Shown: positions 11,101 through 20,867 of the stretch, piece by piece
Layout of the letters: the number at the start of each line of letters is the position of its first letter
Numbering within the stretch: position 1 is the stretch's first letter
Source: Antedon mediterranea
Taxonomy: Eukaryota; Animalia; Echinodermata
Assembly (NCBI RefSeq): GCF_964355755.1
Contig: NC_092680.1
Coordinates: 7,502,001 to 7,566,000 of the forward strand
Reading direction: 5' to 3'
Length of the DNA: 64,000 bases
Position numbers and translations under genes: made by a program
Notes under the pieces: generated by a model
Seen by the model: the letters and a program-made list of their open reading frames with translations, nothing else
Told to the model about the DNA's origin: nothing
The model's database searches: none

Positions 11101-13453
11101 TCTGCCTTCAATTTCGTGTCGGTGCATTTTTTCACAAGCTTTACCAACATCTGTCCTATTGGCAAATTCTACCAACCTGTATAAACAAATAATATACACA
11201 TATTTAAAGATGTGCAAAAACATGAAAAATGAAGATTAATTAAATAAGACTTTGAATAGGTTATTTTGTAGTTTTAATAAAATCACTTTCATAGAACAAA
11301 CAGACAACAATAATGTTTTTACTTATAAATTGTTAAATTCAACCAAAAATCCATTGACTGGCAGCCAATATTACTATATTTTGCTTTAAATTACATTTTT
11401 TTAGGTAAATACATTTTTTTTTCCAATCTAATTTTTTGTCAAAGTGGATAACTATTAAAAGACATTAAAATGGCATATTCAACAGAAAATGTTAAAAAAA
11501 AATACTATTTTAAGGGGGACAATACATCTTTAATAAATTATTTCAGGAACAAATGATAAATGGATATTACAATAAACTCTACAACCATTTTATGTAAACT
11601 GAAAATATAAAAATTGAAAAAATATACTTACGCACAGCCCTGATGAAATGCAAACCATAAAAAAAAAATAAAAAAGTTACATTACAACATTATGGAATGG
11701 TTTTGCGGGTTGTCTGGTCAGTATTTTATCCTATTTGTATTATCATTTGTTTTAACCATCAATTTAAGACATGCACATATTTGTCTTTGTGGAAAATAAG
11801 AAAGTTGTATTTATAATAATTCAATATATAAAAGATTTTTAAGAGATTATTATTATTAATGATAATGTAATGGGTAATGCTAAACTGTGCAAATCTGCAA
11901 ACCACTTAATATTAATTTACCACGACCAACAAACAATTTATGATAAAAGAATATTAAAGTTGGAATTTGTTGTCAAAAAGGCCAACATCATCTAACCCTC
12001 TGTCTACTCTTATTTTTAAAAAAAAAGTGTGATGTGCCCGGATATGGTAGTTATATGCCAAAATAAGGTAGTAATATGACATCATCGTGTTCATATATGG
12101 GCACATCACTTTTTGTTATCACATAAAGTTTGTTAGTGTAGACAAAGCTTTACACACTGTGTTAACAAAAGACAATGCGGCTAAAGAGTATGAACCAATC
12201 ATGAAGCCTAATGAGAGGGCAATGACTACACGGACTTGTTTATTACCTTTGACTTCCCATCTTCTCCTGTGAATATTTCAACGTATGTAACTTCGCCAAC
12301 TAAATAAGGTAAAACGAGACAAATCACGAAAATTGTTAATGCTATTAAATAAAGGTATATATTGTGGTCCTCAAGCTTAACTGGAAATTAAGGAAATTTG
12401 TACTACTACTATGGACCCATGTGTTGGTCTCTAGCTTGAAAAGGACACATACAGGAAAGTAGGGTTTGTTCAATCCCGCTGGCTACAGGTTTGAAGGTTG
12501 TCTCTAAACAGAATAATTGTACAGGTATGAGTAAAATTTACCATTCTTTCGCATAACATCCTTTAAATCTTGCCATTTCAGTTCATATGGAATATTGCTT
12601 ACAAACACACTCCTATCAAGAACTGCCTCCCTAGGTCCACCCCTGCCTGCTCCTCCTTGTCCCATTCCACCTCGCCTATCACCCATCATGCGTGGGCGAC
12701 GATCACGATCTCTGTCACGTCGATTCCTATCCTGGTCTCTGTTTCTGTCATTTCTTGGTCGATCATTATCGCGTCTGGAAAATACATAGAAATTTTATAT
12801 TACCTAAAAAAATTAAACCTGAAGATATTTTATTAATAATAAACAGTATAATATGATATTAAATAATATTCTCTTTAAATAATGTTAATAATAATTGACA
12901 ACACTATTATAAGCCTACTCCATCATTATGATATGGTATTTACTGTCTATAATATTAAATAGTAAAATACTGTTTAATTTACTTCCTTGAAATTTGTATA
13001 ATTCGCTGTAGGCCCTATTTAAATTTTATTTTTATACTTCTTTTAGTTTGTATAATATAATTGCCTTGATAAATTAAGAACGTGTGCCGCTGATACAAAA
13101 GCGTTTTTTTCAATAAAGTTTATCTTATCTAGCCTAGGCCAGAACAGAAAGAATCATCAAAAGAAAGGCAGCAGTGCCAGTATCGCTAACCGCAGCCTGG
13201 CCACACGTACGCTGGTTGATTCGCGATCCCGGCGTGGTGGACCTTCTGAAATCGGCATGCACCACCACGCTTTCACACTCGTGAGTCGAGTTATCAAAAA
13301 ATGTTGGTTAATATAAACTCACCTCGGCTTAGATTTATTTTGATCTACAGGAGATCTAGATCTTGAACGATATCTGCCACCCGATTGTGGTGTTGTGGCA
13401 TTGTCATTATTTGCTCCAGATTCAATTTTTATGTTAGCAGTTTCTGACGCCAT
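2148..13453 (-). CDS. MYEF2: MYEF2/hnRNP-M family RNA-binding protein (3 RRMs, Gly/Met-rich linker), complete, 15 coding exons
   Basis: Exons read by hand with consistent phases: 13323-13453 (MASETANIK..RSRSRSP), 12542-12774, 12247-12299, 11632-11639, 11083-11176, 10060-10200, 9354-9507, 9196-9245, 5454-5508, 4548-4907, 3965-4051, 3334-3701, 2968-3019, 2334-2432, 2148-2206 (TAG). RRM motifs: VFVSNIPYELKWQDLKD..KSKGCALVEF; VFVSNLPYQVTWRKLKD..ESRGLATVQF; ILVKNLPFSYDWKKLKD..RSKGYGLVKF. Probably co-orthologous to vertebrate MYEF2 and HNRNPM. Confidence 0.92.
2207..2333 (-). other. U12-type (minor spliceosome) GT-AG intron in RRM3
   Basis: 5' splice site GTATCCTTT; branch site TTTCTTTAAC about 13 nt before the end of the intron; splicing restores the frame (RKAV-D-EMNRVRFDGREI). 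Confidence 0.88.
2556..2860. mobile_element. TTAA-flanked MITE (Kolobok-like); related copies at 10454-11000, 11208-11529, 21679-22017 and a partial copy at ~50860-51043
   Basis: TIR AGATRTATTGTCCCC...GGGGACAATACMTCT flanked by TTAA on both sides. Internal sequence is shared among copies, except that 10454-11000 has a different interior. Confidence 0.8.
5033..5314 (+). mobile_element. Short non-autonomous Helitron-like element
   Basis: Begins A|TCTATACCTATATTATAA, contains a (TGTT)n microsatellite, ends with a small GC hairpin then CTAG|T. Confidence 0.6.
5548..7435. repeat. 31-bp minisatellite, ~61 copies, in MYEF2 intron 8
   Basis: Unit ATGAGTAAATCCTGTACAGTGTGTATATAGT with few variants (ACGAG, TACGG, TTTAG). 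Confidence 0.97.
7436..8752. mobile_element. Non-autonomous hAT-like DNA transposon inserted in the minisatellite
   Basis: Imperfect TIR CAGGGCTGAGCGAA versus CAAGGGTGAGGGAA; TATAGT duplicated on both flanks; subterminal GGACAAGT/ACTTGTCC motifs at both ends; satellite phase continues across the insertion. Confidence 0.75.
8753..9029. repeat. Continuation of the 31-bp minisatellite (~9 copies)
   Basis: Same unit as 5548-7435. Confidence 0.95.
9246..9353 (-). other. U12-type (minor spliceosome) GT-AG intron in RRM2
   Basis: 5' splice site GTATCCTTT; perfect branch site TTCCTTAAC 11 nt before the end of the intron; joins AVQAI-S-MFNGQTLYDR. Confidence 0.93.
11632..11639 (-). CDS. MYEF2: 8-nt microexon of MYEF2 encoding the core of RNP1 of RRM1
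   Basis: tttcatcag|GGCTGTGC|gtaagt. Needed to join KSK (phase 0) to the phase-2 exon ending at 11176, giving KSKGCALVEF. Confidence 0.88.
11996..12152. mobile_element. ~130-170 bp MITE family; further copies at 22125-22251, 24722-24870, 28431-28539, 32207-32327, 33214-33347, 41984-42070, 58283-58396
   Basis: TIR AAGCTCTGTCTACACTATCAAAC...GTTTGATAGTGTAGACAGAGCTT and a shared core GTGATGTGCCCAAATATGGTAGTGATATG. TWA-like flanks suggest PIF/Harbinger (inference). Confidence 0.8.
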
Positions 13454-13762
13454 TCCAAAGAATTTATACCTAGCTTAGGCCTTACTCTAGGCTATCACGC
13501 AACAAAAGATAGCTAGCTAGCTGCCGCTAGAGAGAGAGAGAAAAAGAAAGAAAGCGGAAGCGCAGCTTGGCTTTTAATTCGAAATGCATGATGGGAAGAA
13601 AAGAGTGTTGTAGAGTGCGCCCGCTATGACTGGTTTGCTTACACTTTGCATTTTTTTAAAGAACTTATAACTTATAACTTATAACATGTTATAAGTTCTT
13701 TGATTTTTTGTAAAAAAAGAGTTTCCTTCTGTTTGCACTGCAGATGATAGATACCAAATACT
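13454..13762. promoter_or_regulatory. Putative bidirectional promoter of MYEF2 and the TMEM53-like gene, with a ZNF143/Staf-type site
   Basis: Divergent ATGs 310 bp apart. The minus strand reads TTCCCATCATGCATTTCG at 13580-13597, matching the Staf/ZNF143 consensus. Confidence 0.55.
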
Positions 13763-16700
13763 ATGCTTCGGCCTAGGGCAACTAATTTGGTAAGTAAAGT
13801 CACTACTTCTAGCCCTAGCAAGGCATAGTTCTCACTACACTATATGATTTACAGTCAACAAATAGTAAATTACTAGTATTATTAATATCTAGCCATGGAG
13901 TACCAGTAGTACCGCTTGTGACTTGGTTGGGAATTTTCCTGGGCCTATCCACTCTCTCTTAAGTTATAGTGTTGTTAACGTTTTCCGTCTTCCGACATTA
14001 CGCTTTCCACAATTTGTTTCCATTTTTTTTCTGTTAATGGCAGGATGGTTTGTTATTGTGTTAGTGTCTACTACTATAGTGCCGCTGATAAGTTATAGTA
14101 ACAATCAATAATAATTTGGCCTTGGACAATGGTCAACCGTGCGTGTAAAAAGTTTTATGGTGAATAATAATAATAATAATAATAATAAGCTTTATTTAAT
14201 CACGGATACTTAACTCAACTAAAAGTTGTTTTTCAGTAAGACCGTGCTCAAAGGAAAACACCAAAAATAATAATTAAATGTAAAAAGCAGATATCAAATC
14301 AAATAATAAAACAATTACAGAAGCAAAAAAACAAAAGCAGATAATAAAACAATTACAATGAAATAAAATGAAACAAGGATACACTTACTAACTATAAAAT
14401 TAAATAATACACTACATTTAAAAAAAGCTACATGAAATTAGCAGTTAACAGTTTCTAAAAAAGAGAGACAGAGTTCACATTTTTGATATCTTCATGTAGC
14501 TCATTCCAAACCTTGGCACCTCTATATGATAAGCTACGTTTTTTGTAGTTTGTTTTTGGTTTTGGTACTATTAAATTTGGCTTAGTTCTAATATCTATAT
14601 ATAAATTTACGTAAGGGCAAAATTCGATAAATCGCAGTTTATTTCTAGAATTTTTACTCGATGGTATATAAAGTTGGTTCGTACTTTCGGTACTGATTTT
14701 AACCATCTGATGTAACCATGTTTACTAATTAAATTGAGTTAGATAATTAGTTATTGGCAATTAAAACGAATTTAGGTTCAACGATTTGCCCCAAATAGGG
14801 GTGTTTCGTGGTCGTGGTATACACTGTCTAATGGATGTCCAACTTGAAAAATACCCGCAGACAATAATGCGAGGATGCTTCGCATTTTCCTATCTCCTCC
14901 TACGATAATTGTTTTTAATAGCTGAAAACCGGTTGAACAGCTCGAGTACAGCATCATAATGTTGAAGACAGGCCGATTTTCTTTAAAAAATACTATTTTG
15001 ATAGATTTAATATACGTTTATACAAATGTTTTGATCTGCGATAAATGGAACATTCCAATCTCTGTTCCACAAGTGTCTATTCCCTCAGGCGTCGTAAAGA
15101 CAAGTACTGTACAGTCATAACAGAAATTCGATACATTTTTTTCCAATCTGGAATCCTTTTTTTTAACGCATAACGAGCTAGCCTTTCCAGTTGCCGTCTA
15201 TTATGTACAATCAACTTTATTATTGCAGCTAAACCACCACCAACACCACCACCCTCCCCTCACTGGCATGAGTAGCGTTGTAAAGCCAGTAGAGACAGGC
15301 CTACAGTACGAATGATCAGTACATGCCCTAAACGCAGAACAACTTTGGTGGTTAGGAAACAACTTAATTTTCAATACAAGTTGGGTAGTGGTTAGCATAA
15401 TTGGCTCTATGAAACAATTGACCATTAGGCCTATTAATTAAGTTGAGTTAGATAATTATTTATTGACGATTAAAGCGAATTTACGATTTGCCCCGAATAG
15501 AGGTGTTTAATACTGACAGTTTCTTCTGAACGTTTGTAATCATGTAACTTCAAAAAAACATAAACGTCGTATTAGTGATGTGTCGTTACATGTACTGTAG
15601 GCCTACTATTTCAATCGACTATGACGGTGACAGTTTCAACAAAGTATTAAATCGCAATGTTTTACTGTGTTTACTGGTATATTATTTGTAAAACATGAAA
15701 ATAATTCATATTTCGTTACTAAATCGATAAAGAATATATTTAAAAATTGTTCGTCTTTGCATCCAACCTCTTCCCCATCCCTCAACCCAAATGTTACATA
15801 CAAAACACAAATTCAGTTTGTTTCTTGTTCTGTGACAAACTTCTTTTTCGGAAGTAATTCCCGGGGTGCTAATTTTAGTTGAGTACATAAATCACCGTGT
15901 CTATTTATTCGTTCCTGTAAACAACATGTATTATTGTCCTGCATGTGCATTTGAAGTCGCCAGTTTTTTAAATGCTGAAATTACTATGTATTCGAGAACC
16001 ATCTGTGGGCACGACCTAGATGGTACGCGAGCGAAGCGAGCGTACCATCTAGTTATAGTAATTGTTTTTGATATTGAACTTAATAAATATGGAGGTGCAA
16101 GGTTGTTCATAATCTTAAACATGTCAATAGCTTCATTTATATATAATCTTTCATCTAAGTTCATCCAATTTAGACTTTGAAGAGCTTGAGTACTAGAGTC
16201 GGTTTGAGATTTGTTTGTAATAACTTTTGCTGAGCGATTTTGAAGAACTTGTAGTGTTTTACTTTGAGTTATATTTGAACGTCCCCAAACAACATGGCAA
16301 TACTCAAGATGAGGAGCCATAAGTGATTTGTATAGTTTGCATTGAATTTCTTAGTAGTAGTAGTACAAGCTCTGCAAAGCCTTAGATTTTACATTATCGA
16401 TTTGTGAGCACCAAGAAAGATTATTATCTAATATCACACCAAGGTGTTTACATTTATTTACACAAGAGATTGGTTCTCCATCTATGTTAATGTTGACTTG
16501 TAAGTCAGATAGTTTACTTAACCTCTGTCTCGTTCCAATTAACATAAATTCAGTTTTTTTAACATTTAGGCTAAGTTTGTTGCATATGAGCCATCTTTTA
16601 AGACACAATAAGTCAGAATTTATTGTTTCAGTAAGGTTATTAATATTATTGGAAGTGTAGTATGGCAGTGTCATCAGCATACATAGAAACAGAGCATTTT

Positions 16701-18410
16701 GAATATTTTGTAGTATTAAATATTTTAATATTATCACAGCACATTTTTTTAGATGATGGAATTTTATAAAAAAAAAATTCTCAAAAGGTACAAACAATAA
16801 TTAATGATCTTACTTTAAATCATATGTAGGCCTACTGTAGGCCCTAAGTGAAAAGGAACTTAAAACTTATTAATTTATACATTTTTACTATTAGTATTAT
16901 TAAGCAGCAGGGTTTCAGGTTGGAATCTTGGTTGATGTGGCATTTACTAGTCTCAGATTTCCAGCTCCATACACATTCATAAATTAATTATAATTACTCC
17001 ATATCTATCAATTAAGTATTTCCATAGAATTCTTTAAAAAAATGATTAAAATCTTTCTCTTTCTTTGATGAGGTATATGGTAAAATAATAAAAGTATAAT
17101 TTAAAAAAAAACAGTATTTTGTGGGTAGCGCTATATAAATTGTATTCCGCGAATGCTGAGTGAATTCTAGTAAGCTACCTGGACTTATTTTGACAATCCA
17201 AATTATTCATTGTTTTAGTTAAGAACTGTCAACCGAACATTACACCAGTACTTCAAGATGGCCACCAACGCAAATCCAAGGGTTTCAACTGTCTTTGACA
17301 ACTTGAATCTTCATGCAATTGGGTCAGAGGGTAAGTAGTAGCAGCTGATCCAAGCGGGTCAGGGATCAGATCCAGAATTTTGAAATAGGGGTGAAGACCT
17401 ACAAATTGTGAACTATAGTACAGGAACATTTTAGACAGGCAGCCCAGAAATGATAAAATAACTTAATTTCATAACTTTTGCATTGCAACTTACAACATTT
17501 AGGTAGTGGAAGGCAGGCCATGCATGTATTGAGCAAAAATTATTGTCATCTTTTATATTACAGTACTTATATTACTTTAGCAGTCCATGACCAATTTCAT
17601 CTTTGTACATTGTATATATGTTTTGTTGGTCAAATAAATAAATGAAATGAAATGGTTCTTCACTTTACAGGTAGTGAACTGAAACTGAAACCAGTTGTTT
17701 TGTTTATACCGTGGATGGGATCTACAAAGAAGGCTGAGGATAAATTTAGATCTTTATACCATAGCCGTGGGTATGACACGCTAACATATTACACCAATCC
17801 TAAATACTTCTTATGGCCAAACAGTGCCATGAAACCTTCATCTCAGCTACTGGATTTTATGGATGAGAAGACTTCATGTCCAGTGATAGTTCATGGTTTC
17901 TCCATTGGAGCATACTTCTATGCAGTCATGCTGCGTCACTTGCTGGATGACACAACCAAATGGCTGTCTTTTCGGCAACGGGTTAAGGGTCAGATATTTG
18001 ACAGTTTGACCATTGGATCTGTAAAAAACATGGTCGATGGAGTAGCAAGATTCTCAACGTCAAACAAAATAGCACAAAAAACTATCATTCTTTCTTTATT
18101 AGGGTATTTTAAGTTAACAAAGAAGCAAACCAAAGACATATTTGATAAGATGATCGATGCTTTTTATAACAACCCTATGTCATGTATGGGATTCCTAACG
18201 TTCTTTTCAAAGGTTGACCCACTTTGTGACTATGAATCTATGATTAAGCTCATAGAGTACTGGGAGAAAAGGAATATAAAGGTACAGTACAAGTGCTGGG
18301 ATGACACGCCCCACTGTAGACATTATCAAGGACACAAAGATGAATATGAGTTACTGCTTGATCAGTACTTGTCAAATTTAAAACTTCCATCAACTATGGC
18401 AAAATTATAA
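13763..18410 (+). CDS. TMEM53/DUF829-family alpha/beta-hydrolase-like protein
   Basis: Main exon 17671-18410 has PVVLFIPWMG, IVHGFSIGAY, GQIFDS, FFSKVDPLCD and WDDTPHCRHY, all typical of DUF829. Exon 17219-17330 has an internal ATG at 17258 and donor G|GTAAGT. A putative first exon at 13763-13789 (MLRPRATNL|GTAAGT) is less certain. Confidence 0.82.
14164..16797 (-). mobile_element. 5'-truncated, decayed CR1/L2-group LINE (RT C-terminus and 3' tail), interrupted by a Helitron
   Basis: Frameshifted YADDT, WLICNKLSLNVKKTEFMLIG, KHLGVILDNNLSW, PHLEYCHVVWG, LQVLQNRSAKVIT, KRSLSYRGAKVWNEL; 3' stem-loop and (TTA)n tail at 14164-14188. Confidence 0.88.
14594..16052 (+). mobile_element. Non-autonomous Helitron nested in the LINE
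   Basis: Starts A|TCTATATATAAA; ends with hairpin GATGGTACGC-GAGCGAAGCGA-GCGTACCATC and CTAG|T; no TSD. Removing it restores the LINE codons YNIRTKPNL. Confidence 0.85.
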
Positions 18411-18562
18411 CAACATTATTGTAAATTGATTGATTAACTAATTGTGTTTGAATTGTTACACTTGCTGATTAATTGGCAAATAGGGTAGAGTGAAAATATT
18501 AATGTTATATGTTTATATGTATGTTATACTATTATTGTTTTGTCCAAGCTTATTCCTTCTTG

Positions 18563-18983
18563 GTTACTCTCTCTCTAGGTGCCATATCTACGGACGTAGG
18601 CGATCATGGTCTGCCACAATTTTCTGCATCTTGCTTTCTTTAAAAGGTCCACTCCTTGATTCAATATTCCATTAGCTTGCAACCACTCGATTAGGCTTGT
18701 CATTCACATTACACGTTTTCTACCCTTGCTCCTCTTTCCTTCAACCTTTCCGGTTATTGACAGGTTCTCCAAGCCATCTTTTCTGATTACATGACCGAGA
18801 AATTAATTAGCTGCCTTATCCTCATTTCCTTTACACCTTTCCTTTTCACTTTGGCTCTCCTAAACACCTCTACATTGATTACTTTATCAGTCCACGAAAT
18901 CCTTAGCATTCTCCTTAAAAACCACACTTCACAACTTTCAAGGTACTTTCTACATTCCGATGTTAATGACCAAGTCTCGCTTT
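18563..18983 (-). mobile_element. RTE-clade LINE 3' fragment
   Basis: Minus-strand translation SETWSLT..EVWFLRRMLRISWTDKV..FLGHVIRKDGLENLSITGKVEGKRSKGR..W is the typical RTE C-terminus. Confidence 0.85.
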
Positions 18984-19496
18984 CATTACATTGTAATATA
19001 ATAATACCATACCAAAAGTTGATAATAGAAAGACGGTCAACTTGTTAATAAAGCACTACTATTTAAAAATAATCATTTATAGTATGGCGAAATTTCTAAT
19101 ATAAAAATAGATCAGAGCAAAAACATAAATCAAAAAACACTTTTGGAAACAACAAATATTATTTAAAGACAAAGGTTATATTACAGGAATTTAAAAATGT
19201 AATTGTTGTGGAAGTAAATGTATGGATATACATAGGAAGACCAATGCTTAGGTCCCACACCACTAAAGGATATTCTACAAGCCTGGTTGAATTGGATACC
19301 TAAACTTACAAATGAAATTAAATGTTACAACATAGTGGATAGGAAGACAAGTATTTTAATCACTGGTTGCGGATCAGGAAGTAGTGGTTTTTTTTAAAGC
19401 CATGTCTTTACATTGTCCTTGAATAAAGTTTAATTTAACACAGCATAATATAAGTTCTTATGTCTATATATTATTCAATCATTTCATAACTAAATA

Positions 19497-19765
19497 GAGT
19501 AGAACTTCTACTATCTCTAAGGGGACACCTGAACTGGAAGTTTCCCTTTAATAAGGGTATTTCCTAAATAGGGATTGGCTGTAAATCATATACTGTATTG
19601 ACCCCATGTCAGTTTCACGTACAATAGAACCCCTATTAAGGGGACACCTTTGGACCCAACACAGTGTCTCTTTAACAAAGGTGTCCCCTGAATAGGCGTA
19701 GTGTTAAAATATATAGTTCCAATTGTCCTCTGCATAGGGGTGTCCCAAAGCAAGGGTTCTTGCAG
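19497..19765. mobile_element. Degenerate Tc1/mariner (Tigger-like) MITE copies; relatives near 2865-2935, 25179-25242, 30575-30745, 48943-49020, 63017-63220
   Basis: Recurring CAGTAGAACC..ATTAAGGGGACACC / GGTGTCCCCT..ATAGGGGTTCTACTG inverted motifs. Confidence 0.6.
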
Positions 19766-19774
19766 TATGTATTA

Positions 19775-20394
19775 TTAGTACAAAGTAGTATTAGTACAAA
19801 GTAGTATTAGTACAAAGTAGTATTAGTACAAAGTAGTATTAGTACAAAGTAGTATTAGTACAAAGTAGTATTAGTACAAAGTAGTATTAGTACAAAGTAG
19901 TATTAGTACAAAGTAGTATTAGTACAAAGTAGTATTAGTACAAAGTAGTATTAGTACAAAGTAGTATTAGTACAAAGTAGTATTAGTACAAAGTAGTATT
20001 AGTACAAAGTAGTATTAGTACAAAGTAGTATTAGTACAAAGTAGTATTAGTACAAAGTAGTATTAGTACAAAGTAGTATTAGTACAAAGTAGTATTAGTA
20101 CAAAGTAGTATTAGTACAAAGTAGTATTAGTACAAAGTAGTATTAGTACAAAGTAGTATTAGTACAAAGTAGTATTAGTACAAAGTAGTATTAGTACAAA
20201 GTAGTATTAGTACAAAGTAGTATTAGTACAAAGTAGTATTAGTACAAAGTAGTATTAGTACAAAGTAGTATTAGTACAAAGTAGTATTAGTACAAAGTAG
20301 TATTAGTACAAAGTAGTATTAGTACAAAGTAGTATTAGTACAAAGTAGTATTAGTACAAAGTAGTATTAGTACAAAGTAGTATTAGTACAAAGT
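19775..20394. repeat. Perfect 16-bp tandem array, ~39 copies
   Basis: Unit TTAGTACAAAGTAGTA with no visible variants. Confidence 0.97.
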
Positions 20395-20867
20395 GTATGT
20401 TTTCATAAGCACATACTTTTGGAAATGGTGACATGCAAAAGATTCTAATAACGAATTTATCAATTCAATTCAAAAATTAATTTTAAATACTGTACAGATA
20501 CAAATATATTATTTTCAATTATTACAAAACACACAAATCATTAAAAATATATGGAAAAAGTTCTCATTTACATCTAACACACACACACACATTTTCTATT
20601 ACAGTTGCTTTTTAATTGTAACTACTGTATTTATTAGGAAGCACTCTACTAGTTTCTGTTACACTATCCGATATCAAAATATCCGTAATTTATACTGAAA
20701 TATACAAAATACATTCGGAAAATAATCTATCTGGTTTTTATTAAAATTAAACTTCAAAAATGTATTTAAAATTGATTTACAAATATGTTATGCAAAACAA
20801 AAATAAATTGAAAGCACAAATATTGGTGGCTGTTTTCTGTTTAGTTCAACATAAATGAATGTATATA

